Shown here piece by piece: positions 9,217-16,544 of a DNA stretch of 20,000 bases (position 1 is the first letter of the stretch; each line of letters begins with the position of its first letter). A program made the translations under genes and the position numbers. The notes below the pieces were generated by a model that saw only the letters and a list, made by a program, of their open reading frames with translations, made no database searches and was not told where the DNA came from. This DNA is from an uncultured virus (IMG/VR IMGVR_UViG_3300008117_000029) (Duplodnaviria > Heunggongvirae > Uroviricota > Caudoviricetes): IMG/VR virus record IMGVR_UViG_3300008117_000029, positions 117,795-137,794 of that record, one strand, 5' to 3'.

Positions 9217-9402
9217 ATGGGAACGTCAAAAAAAAGAGGTGGAGCAAAGGCTCACAGAAAAAGAGTTCAATCAAGAAACACTCAAATCAATGCACAAAAA
9301 AATGTTATGCAAAAATTGTTTGAGGAACAAATGAAACTACAGATAGAGGAAATGAAGAAGAAAGATGCTCAAACATCAGGTCTAACAACAACACCTCAAT
9401 AA
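9217..9402 (+). CDS. Small basic helical protein
   Basis: 61 aa with K/R-rich N-terminus (SKKRGGAKAHRKRV); fits the gap exactly. Confidence 0.7.
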   Translation: MGTSKKRGGAKAHRKRVQSRNTQINAQKNVMQKLFEEQMKLQIEEMKKKDAQTSGLTTTPQ

Positions 9403-9404
9403 TA

Positions 9405-11783
9405 ATGAAATGGGATTTGTTCAATCCAAAACCAGAATTTAACTACAAAGAGATGTCACACAAACTCGATACTTCAGCTTTGGATAACCCTTACATTCAA
9501 GTGATTTGGGAAGACTCTTCTGAAAATTTTACACAAGAAAGAATCAAGTCTGTTAAGCAATACTTCATGAAGAAGTATGCCTCAACAAACGTAAATGTAA
9601 TTACCAAAGTAAAAACAACAGACGATACCCAGCAAACTATAGATGTTACCATGAATATCATGGACCAAAACTATCTCAGAGAGTTGGTCAGAAATTTCTT
9701 GGAATCTAAAAACCAACATCAGTATTTTGACCAAGTCATGAATATCGACTTAGCGGTTGAAAATAGAATGTTGATAAATGAGGTCGAAGTAACCCCCTTC
9801 AAGAGATGGTATATCAAAAAGATAGAGTTTAGTAACTTTCTTTCTTACGGGGAAAATCAAGTAATTGATTTTGACAAGTGTAATGGTATCACAGTAGTTG
9901 AATCTGACCCACCAAACTTTGGAGGAAAAACTGTATTGACGGTAGATTTATTATTGTTCTTATTCTTTAACTCAACAACCAAAACACAGAAAGCAGAGGA
10001 AATCTTTAACCGTTTTTCTGACAAAAACAAAGTAACCGTTAGAGGTGAAATTGTTATTGATGGTGAGGAATATGTTATTGCAAGACAAATTGAAAGAAAA
10101 AAGGCTAAGTCAGGAGAATGGAATGTTAAAACTGAATTGGAGTTTTTCAAAAAACTCGCTGATGGACAACTTCAAAACTTCACTGGTGAACAAAGGAGAG
10201 AGACTGAGGACTTCATCAAAAAATCGATAGGTAATATCGATGACTTTTTGATGACCATTGTGACTACCGCTTCGAATTTAGAGGATTTATTGGAGGCAAA
10301 GCCAACAGCACGTGGACAAGTGTTGAGTAGATTTTTGGGGCTCGAATTCCTGAAGAAAAAAGAAGAAACAGGTAAAGAAATTTATTCTGACTTTTCTAAA
10401 GGTATGTTGTCCAATGTATATAATACTGAAACTTTGAAGCAAAACAATTCAGAGTCAAATGAAGAAATAAAAGTTCTCGACAGTCAAATTATCGATTCTC
10501 AGGAAAAAATGAAAGATGTTGATAACAGGCTTCAAAAGGGTCAAGATTATAAAGAAAATCTTCTTAAATCCAAGCATAACGACATAGACCAAGAACTTGT
10601 TAGACTAAATCCAAATACTCTCAAGACAGAAATAGAAAACTTCAAAAATTCATCTAAGTCGATTCAAACTCAAATAAACGAAGTTAAGATTATTGAGCCC
10701 AAAGAGTTCTATCATGAAGACCAACACGACGCGGTGAAAGATGTAATCAAATCGAGAAATGGTGAGTTGGTGTTAGCAGAAAATAAAGTTGAAGAAATAC
10801 AAGAATTGATAGAAAAGTATGGGGATGGAATCCAGTGCGAGCACTGCGGAATCAAATTAATGGAGGCATCCCTAACAAAGAAAAAAATAGAACAGTTAGA
10901 AGGATATAAAAAACTTGTCAGGGAATTCAGAAAAGAAATCGGAGATTTAGAAAAAAAAGAACAGTCTTTCACCCAACTGAAAAAAGACTTTGATGAGTAT
11001 GAAAGAAACAAACTCATAAAAGAAAAGTATGAATTGTCTTTGGAGTCTACGAAACTTAAACTCGAGCAAGCTCAAGACAAACTGACAAGATATGAAGAAG
11101 TTCAAGATAAGATTAAAAAGAACAATGATATTGATGCTCAGTTAGTGAAGGCGGGAATGAGGATAGACGATTTAATTAATGAGAAGAGAGATTACGAAAG
11201 AACTATAACATCTAACCAACTTCAAATAAAAAACCTCAAACAACAAATCGATAAGAATCTCGAAATGATTCAAACAATTACCGAGGAGTTTGAAAGGGAA
11301 AAAATATATAAGATATATTTGGAGGTATTTGGTAAAAATGGTATCTCGAAAATTATAATGAAGACGATGATGCCGTTAATCAATCAAGAACTTCAAAGAC
11401 TCCTCATGGATTCTTGTTATTTCAATCTTGAAATAAGAATTAACGATAAAAATGAGGTAGAATTCATGATGATTGATAATTCAACTGGAATCGAAAAACC
11501 AATGACATCAGGGTCTGGTTATGAAAGAACGATAGCTGCTATGGCACTAAGAGCCGTGTTGTCAAAAGTGTGTTCATTACCAAAACCAAACATTATTGTA
11601 TGGGACGAAGTTTTTGGTAAGATTTCAAACGAAAACTTAGAAATGGTAGGGGAGTTTTTTTCTAAGATGAGAGAATACTTCGAGAAGATTTTTGTTATCA
11701 CGCACAATCCTTTGGTAAACAATTGGGCTAATAATGTGGTTAGAATTTCAAAAACGGAAAATATTTCTAAAGTTTCTCAATAA
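9405..11783 (+). CDS. sbcC: Rad50/SbcC/T4 gp46-like ATPase with a ~130-aa N-terminal extension
   Basis: IKKIEFSNFLSYG, Walker A-like PPNFGGKT, long coiled coil with central CEHC zinc hook (10836-10847), signature-like SGSGYE, Walker B IIVWDE, H-loop ITHN. Confidence 0.9.
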   Translation: MKWDLFNPKPEFNYKEMSHKLDTSALDNPYIQVIWEDSSENFTQERIKSVKQYFMKKYASTNVNVITKVKTTDDTQQTIDVTMNIMDQNYLRELVRNFLESKNQHQYFDQVMNIDLAVENRMLINEVEVTPFKRWYIKKIEFSNFLSYGENQVIDFDKCNGITVVESDPPNFGGKTVLTVDLLLFLFFNSTTKTQKAEEIFNRFSDKNKVTVRGEIVIDGEEYVIARQIERKKAKSGEWNVKTELEFFKKLADGQLQNFTGEQRRETEDFIKKSIGNIDDFLMTIVTTASNLEDLLEAKPTARGQVLSRFLGLEFLKKKEETGKEIYSDFSKGMLSNVYNTETLKQNNSESNEEIKVLDSQIIDSQEKMKDVDNRLQKGQDYKENLLKSKHNDIDQELVRLNPNTLKTEIENFKNSSKSIQTQINEVKIIEPKEFYHEDQHDAVKDVIKSRNGELVLAENKVEEIQELIEKYGDGIQCEHCGIKLMEASLTKKKIEQLEGYKKLVREFRKEIGDLEKKEQSFTQLKKDFDEYERNKLIKEKYELSLESTKLKLEQAQDKLTRYEEVQDKIKKNNDIDAQLVKAGMRIDDLINEKRDYERTITSNQLQIKNLKQQIDKNLEMIQTITEEFEREKIYKIYLEVFGKNGISKIIMKTMMPLINQELQRLLMDSCYFNLEIRINDKNEVEFMMIDNSTGIEKPMTSGSGYERTIAAMALRAVLSKVCSLPKPNIIVWDEVFGKISNENLEMVGEFFSKMREYFEKIFVITHNPLVNNWANNVVRISKTENISKVSQ

Positions 11784-11789
11784 AAGCCA

Positions 11790-11797
11790 TACATTTG
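11790..11797 (+). promoter_or_regulatory. Bacteroidetes-type -7 promoter element
   Basis: TACATTTG, then 4 nt to ATG 11802; no clear -33 TTTG. Confidence 0.65.
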
Positions 11798-11801
11798 CGA
11801 T

Positions 11802-12320
11802 ATGGAAAGACAAGGTCACGGTTTTGATTACCAAAGACAACTCTGTGAAAGATATAACCTATCTTCAGATGATAACTACACGGGTATTTGGGATGCCTAT
11901 CGTCAAGATGGAACCCCATGTGTAGTTAAAACCTTCAAACAAAATTCGGAAATTCCCTTGGCCGATATATTCAATAATGTATCGAGAGATAAAGACTTCT
12001 ATTTAATGTATGGTGTTTGGAAAGGTAAAAAATCAAACATTGTTGAAGAAAAAGTTATATTAGTAGACGTTGAAAAATGGAAAGAGTTATTCACTTGGGA
12101 ACACTTCGAAGAACTTAAACATTGGATTAAAAATGTTGTTTCCAATAGTTATGACTACGATACCACTTGGAAGTCTGAAGTAAAAGAGTGGAAAGAAAAG
12201 TGGGGTGAAGAAAGAATCGTTCAACCTAGATTCAAAAGAGACCATAAAACCCAACGTAGAATACAATCTGCGGTTTCTTACAAAAACTTGGAAACTTTTT
12301 TAGATTATGTCAAAAAGTAA
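11802..12320 (+). CDS. Putative type II restriction endonuclease (PD-(D/E)XK-like)
   Basis: 172 aa with QGHGFDYQ helix, WDAY and VVKT in PD-(D/E)XK-like spacing. It overlaps a methyltransferase gene by 14 nt, so the call rests largely on context. Confidence 0.5.
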   Translation: MERQGHGFDYQRQLCERYNLSSDDNYTGIWDAYRQDGTPCVVKTFKQNSEIPLADIFNNVSRDKDFYLMYGVWKGKKSNIVEEKVILVDVEKWKELFTWEHFEELKHWIKNVVSNSYDYDTTWKSEVKEWKEKWGEERIVQPRFKRDHKTQRRIQSAVSYKNLETFLDYVKK

Positions 12321-13077
12321 GTATGGTTTAGACCAATTTTATACAAAATCTGAGGTCGCTCGAAGGTGTTTAGAGACTCTGAATCTAACTGATTATGATA
12401 CAATCATAGAGCCATCGGCAGGAGAGGGTGTTTTTTTTCATTTGGCGGAACACCAAGACAAAATAGCCTACGACATTGAACCTAAGTCTGATGATATAGA
12501 ACAATGTAATTTTTTGACTAAGGATTTAAGTTTCTTGGGGAATCGTAAAGTGCTTTTCTTTGGTAATCCTCCATTTGGGAGAAATTCAAGTCTTGCATTA
12601 AAATTTATAAAAAAGTGTTGTCTTCACGCAGACACAATCGCATTCATATTACCCAAAGGTTTCAAAAAAAGGTCAATGATTGACAAGATTCCTCTCAACT
12701 TTGAGGTTTCATTAATTCAGGATTTAACTGAGGATATTTTTACGTTCGAAGGAAAAGATTTCATGGTCCCATGTGTTTGGGTTATCTTGAAAAAAACCGA
12801 AGTTCTTAGAGAGAAAGAAATAAAACTTTCTCCCACAAAATTTACTTTCACCACAAAACAACATGCGAATTTAGCAATCAGAAGAGTTGGTATCAATGCT
12901 GGAGATGTTTTCACTGATACAGATGTATCAATTACTTCACATTATTTTCTTAGAGTCGAAGACCCTCAAACAGCTCAACGTTTAATATCACAAATTCAAT
13001 TTAGTTCAGGTGATACTACAGGTCCAAGAAGTATACCCAAAAATGAACTTATTATTAAGTTGGACCAAATTTTGTAA
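12307..13077 (+). CDS. Amino (probably N6-adenine) DNA methyltransferase, gamma-type motif order
   Basis: Motif X DQFYT, motif I IIEPSAGEGVF, DIEP, motif IV GNPPFG, IAFILP. Confidence 0.88.
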   Translation: MSKSKYGLDQFYTKSEVARRCLETLNLTDYDTIIEPSAGEGVFFHLAEHQDKIAYDIEPKSDDIEQCNFLTKDLSFLGNRKVLFFGNPPFGRNSSLALKFIKKCCLHADTIAFILPKGFKKRSMIDKIPLNFEVSLIQDLTEDIFTFEGKDFMVPCVWVILKKTEVLREKEIKLSPTKFTFTTKQHANLAIRRVGINAGDVFTDTDVSITSHYFLRVEDPQTAQRLISQIQFSSGDTTGPRSIPKNELIIKLDQIL

Positions 13078-13101
13078 TTGTAAAAATATTCAGTATCATT
13101 G
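13071..13101 (+). promoter_or_regulatory. Bacteroidetes-type sigma-70 promoter
   Basis: TTTG at 13071-13074, 19-nt spacer, TATCATTG at 13094-13101 (one mismatch), then 4 nt to ATG 13106. Confidence 0.65.
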
Positions 13102-13105
13102 CAGC

Positions 13106-13582
13106 ATGCAAATTTTCTTACCATATTCCGATATGAGAAAATCTCTTAAATCCCTCGACAACAAACGTCTCGGTAAACAAAGAGTTGAAACTTATCAAAT
13201 AATATCAGCAATCACCCGTAGGCCTAAGTTAGATGGAACACCATACAAAGGTTGGTTAAACCATCCTTGCACGGTTATGTGGAGAGACTATGTCCCTGCG
13301 TTGAAATTGTATATGAATTATTCAATTGCAGAATGGATTTGTCGAGGATTCAAGAATACGATGAGTTTTGAACAATACATTGAGAATGATGTTATTATAC
13401 CACCATTCATTGGAAACGAAAGATTTCATTCATCTCACCGTGCCAATCTTTTGAAAAAAGAACCTGAATTTTATCAAAAATATGGGTGGTCCGAAGACCC
13501 TTCAGACCCTTACGTATGGTTGGATAATGAAGGTAAATGGTATGAACAACATTCAGGAAAAAAAGGAAGAGTATATCTATGA
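13106..13582 (+). CDS. Pyrimidine-dimer DNA glycosylase / endonuclease V (DenV)-family protein, MSMEG_6728-like
   Basis: MQIFLPY..LDNKRLGKQRVE..Q, GWLNHP..MW, EW..RG, HSSHRANLL.K.P.FY. Start reassigned from 13010 to ATG 13106 using the family N-terminus and the promoter position. Confidence 0.8.
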   Translation: MQIFLPYSDMRKSLKSLDNKRLGKQRVETYQIISAITRRPKLDGTPYKGWLNHPCTVMWRDYVPALKLYMNYSIAEWICRGFKNTMSFEQYIENDVIIPPFIGNERFHSSHRANLLKKEPEFYQKYGWSEDPSDPYVWLDNEGKWYEQHSGKKGRVYL

Positions 13583-14118
13583 AACATTTAACATTCAAGA
13601 AAATAGGGGTTGAACATCACCCAATCAAAGTTTGGAAAACTGACTTAGTTACAGAAGTTGCTATTTATCAAGGCGAACGAGGTCAAAACCCCGAGCTTGA
13701 TTTTGTGGTTAAGTATAAAGAAGAGGGAAAAAGGTTGAGAACCCCATCTCACACACATTGGATAGTTGACTTATTGGTTAAAGGGTCTCATAGTTCAGTT
13801 TTCAAAATGAACTATCTATATAGTTTTGTTAATGACCTCATAAAAATCTACGATGAGTCCGAAAAGTTCTCATCTATTCAAGAAAGAAATACATACGATT
13901 TGAAACACCCACAAGTTATGGGTAATAAACACTCTCAACTTAGGGGTCATGGGTATTATACAGTTGAAACAATTACAGCATTTGTTGAACTTTTTTCAAA
14001 GTGTGAAAAACAATCAGATGATGCTTTTATGTTTCGCGGGCTACTTACTTTGGTAAAAGAGTATTGTGAAGGAAAAAAAGATTTTTATCAAATAGTTGGA
14101 TTATCCAAGAGAGTTTAA
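13579..14118 (+). CDS. Hypothetical protein
   Basis: 179 aa, ATGA-coupled to the upstream gene; motif-like segment RLRTPSHTHWIVDLLVK. Confidence 0.75.
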   Translation: MKHLTFKKIGVEHHPIKVWKTDLVTEVAIYQGERGQNPELDFVVKYKEEGKRLRTPSHTHWIVDLLVKGSHSSVFKMNYLYSFVNDLIKIYDESEKFSSIQERNTYDLKHPQVMGNKHSQLRGHGYYTVETITAFVELFSKCEKQSDDAFMFRGLLTLVKEYCEGKKDFYQIVGLSKRV

Positions 14119-14120
14119 CC

Positions 14121-14128
14121 TATATTTG
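14121..14128 (+). promoter_or_regulatory. Bacteroidetes-type -7 promoter element
   Basis: TATATTTG, then 4 nt to ATG 14133. Confidence 0.7.
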
Positions 14129-14132
14129 CTTT

Positions 14133-14651
14133 ATGAAAAAATACATTTTATCAGTAATTGGTAAATTCGAAAACGAGAAGATGTGTCAAGAGTTAGCACT
14201 ATCATTAACCCCTATTGTTGACTCACCTCACATGAAATTCCAACACACAAACGGTATTTTGATATTCCATTTTGCCTCTGAGGTTGAAAAAAGTGAAATA
14301 TTTGAATACATCCGTGGAATTCTCTATGGTATAACCGAAGCATTTATTCTGACAGAATTACATGACAATATGACATTGTCTATGCCGAAAGAAATAGAAA
14401 GTCATCTTTTAGACTTAGAAAATTCAAGTGATGACGTTGAGATGAATATCGACCTTAATAGAATTAAAAGGAATTTAGATTTCATGGACGAAGAGGAAGA
14501 TGACGATTTTGTGGCATTACTTTTGGGTGAAAAGAATAACCTGTTTCCTAAACCATCCTTAGACCAAATTTTGGACAAGATGATTGACAAAGGGTTTGAA
14601 AATCTTACAGAGTTCGAAAAAGATATATTAAAGAGTTATAGTAAAAATTAA
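14133..14651 (+). CDS. Acidic protein with a C-terminal DUF6576-like helical domain
   Basis: C-terminal LDQILDKMIDKGFENLTEFEKDIL fits the xDxILDKIxxxGxxxLTxxEKxxL pattern; acidic linker DEEEDDD. Confidence 0.6.
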   Translation: MKKYILSVIGKFENEKMCQELALSLTPIVDSPHMKFQHTNGILIFHFASEVEKSEIFEYIRGILYGITEAFILTELHDNMTLSMPKEIESHLLDLENSSDDVEMNIDLNRIKRNLDFMDEEEDDDFVALLLGEKNNLFPKPSLDQILDKMIDKGFENLTEFEKDILKSYSKN

Positions 14652-14654
14652 TCT

Positions 14655-15452
14655 ATGAAGGAAAAAAGTGTAATCCCAATTAATCAGGAAGAAATTAACG
14701 CCTACCTTAAAGAAGTAAGAAAACTTAAGGTAATGACGGTAGAGAGAGAAAGAGAACTTTCTAGAAAAATGTTATCAGGTAGAATCTCAATCCAAGAGAA
14801 GGAAGAAATAAAAAAAGAAATTCTCGAGGGTAACTTAAGGTTTGTGATTACTGTTTCCAAACAATATCAAAACCAAGGGTTAGATTTACCTGACCTTATC
14901 GCTGAAGGTAATTATGGTCTTATGAAAGCGATTGAGAATTTTGATTGGTCAAAAAATCTTAGATTCATATCATACGCTGTGTGGTGGATTAGACAATCCA
15001 TACTTCAATCCTTGAATGAAAATGCTAGAACAATTCGACTACCAGTAAATGTGGTTCAAGAACTACATAAGGCGAAAAAAGAACTTGACAAGGTGGGGAC
15101 TGAACTTCCTGAGAAGTTTCTCAACCTACCATCTATTGTGAACTTGGATAGCCCACTTAACGAAGAGGGAGATACGCTTTTGGATGTTGTTCCAAATCCA
15201 AATGCTGAAAGTGCGGACTCAGGACTTTCTTCAGAGCAAACACTTAAAGATAAATTACTTTCACTTCTCGATGTTCTCGATGAAAGAGAAAAGGTAATCA
15301 TCCAAGATTATTTCGGGTTATCTGGCTCAACAAGAACATTAGAAGATATTGGTAATGACTTTGATTTAACTAAGGAAAGGGTTAGACAAATCAAAGAAAA
15401 AGCCCTCAGAAAACTTAGGAATGAAACGGGTAGTTTGTTCGACTACATGTAA
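14655..15452 (+). CDS. RNA polymerase sigma-70 factor (RpoD-like, Bacteroidetes type; no region 1.1, shortened region 3)
   Basis: Region 1.2 YLKEV; region 2 NLRFVITVSKQYQNQG...DLIAEGN.GL..A...FD...RFISYAVWWIRQSILQ; region 4 TLEDIG..F.LTKERVRQIKEKALRKLR. Confidence 0.93.
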   Translation: MKEKSVIPINQEEINAYLKEVRKLKVMTVERERELSRKMLSGRISIQEKEEIKKEILEGNLRFVITVSKQYQNQGLDLPDLIAEGNYGLMKAIENFDWSKNLRFISYAVWWIRQSILQSLNENARTIRLPVNVVQELHKAKKELDKVGTELPEKFLNLPSIVNLDSPLNEEGDTLLDVVPNPNAESADSGLSSEQTLKDKLLSLLDVLDEREKVIIQDYFGLSGSTRTLEDIGNDFDLTKERVRQIKEKALRKLRNETGSLFDYM

Positions 15453-15459
15453 TTAAAGG

Positions 15460-15497
15460 TAAAGGGTGTATTTATTAGATACACCTTTTATATTTTT
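15460..15497 (+). terminator. Probable intrinsic terminator after the sigma gene
   Basis: Stem AAAGGGTGTAT (15461-15471) pairs with ATACACCTTTT (15479-15489) with one G-U pair, followed by a T-rich tract. Confidence 0.6.
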
Positions 15498-15501
15498 ATG
15501 A

Positions 15502-15540
15502 TATTAAAATTATAAATCTAAGTTGTATTAAAATTATAAA
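15502..15540 (+). repeat. 15-nt direct repeat TATTAAAATTATAAA, two copies
   Basis: Exact copies at 15502-15516 and 15526-15540, directly upstream of ATG 15544. Confidence 0.7.
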
Positions 15541-15543
15541 ATT

Positions 15544-15825
15544 ATGAAAAAATTTATTCAAAACAATTTCACAGTTATCGTATTGGTAATTGCGGTATTA
15601 ACCTTTTTTAAGGGATGTGGAGATTCAAGAGATTTAAGTAGGATTAAATCAGAAATAAGAGCAATAAAAGATTCAACTTATACTAAAACCGAGTTGAATA
15701 AGGAACTTAAGATTTCAGGTCTTGAGGCTGAAAAAAGAATGATTCAAGCGACAGATAGAAAACTTCTTGATGTAAGAAGACAAACTGAAATCGAAGAAGA
15801 AATAAAAAAATTAAATAAAAAATAA
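15544..15825 (+). CDS. Membrane-anchored or lipoprotein-like coiled-coil protein
   Basis: MKK, hydrophobic stretch, FFKGCG, then a charged helical region. Confidence 0.7.
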   Translation: MKKFIQNNFTVIVLVIAVLTFFKGCGDSRDLSRIKSEIRAIKDSTYTKTELNKELKISGLEAEKRMIQATDRKLLDVRRQTEIEEEIKKLNKK

Positions 15826-16544
15826 TGAACTGGATACAAAAAAACTTTAAAACCCTAATATACGTTGCCTTCTTGGTTCCGATTATTACGGTTGCTATTG
15901 TTTCCATTTCTCACGTAACAACTTGGTATGGTATTTCTAATCCATTGAGTTGGTCGATATATCTTTCAATAGGGATTGAAATCGCTGCTTTATCAGCGTT
16001 AGCCGCAATTGCGGCTCAAATGGGTAAAAAAGTATATTTCCCATTCATCATTGTTACGTTGATACAATTCATTGGAAACATATTTTTTGCATATCAATAT
16101 ATTGATATAAACAGCGAATCTTTCAAAGATTGGGTTGATATGGTTGACCCCATCGTTTCATTTTTAGGTGTAGAATCTGGTGACCTCGTTGGACACAAAA
16201 GATTCTTGGCTTTGTTCGCAGGTGGTATGTTACCATTGATATCCTTATCGTTCCTACACATGCTTGTGAAATTCGAAGAGGAAGAAAAAAGAAAACTACC
16301 GGTCAATAATTTCGACTTGGATATAGAAGAATTGAGTAAACAAGCTGGACTGAAAGAGGCCGAAATCGAAAAAGAAAAATTCACTCCAACTGAAGATGAA
16401 TTAAAAAAACTTGAAGAAGAACTGAGGAAACTAAATGAACAAAAGTTTGGAAACCTACAAGAACCAATTGTTTATGATGAAACACCCTCAGTTAAAGAAA
16501 CTAATAATAAAAAGGTATTGAGTTATTTGAGAAGAGATGCTTAA
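15825..16544 (+). CDS. Multi-pass membrane protein (about 4 TM) with a charged C-terminal tail; holin candidate
   Basis: Four hydrophobic segments in aa 12-150 and an E/K-rich tail; overlaps the amidase start. The holin role is inferred from context only. Confidence 0.55.
   Translation: MNWIQKNFKTLIYVAFLVPIITVAIVSISHVTTWYGISNPLSWSIYLSIGIEIAALSALAAIAAQMGKKVYFPFIIVTLIQFIGNIFFAYQYIDINSESFKDWVDMVDPIVSFLGVESGDLVGHKRFLALFAGGMLPLISLSFLHMLVKFEEEEKRKLPVNNFDLDIEELSKQAGLKEAEIEKEKFTPTEDELKKLEEELRKLNEQKFGNLQEPIVYDETPSVKETNNKKVLSYLRRDA

Noticed and set aside
92..11925. Short alternative-frame + strand ORFs (92..331, 5299..5577, 10045..10230, 11734..11925)
   Set aside because: Nested in or straddling well-supported genes, with no motifs or coupling signals.
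13010..13105. 5' extension of the DenV-family ORF given by the ORF track
   Set aside because: It overlaps the methylase by 68 nt and runs across the promoter; the family-like N-terminus begins at ATG 13106.
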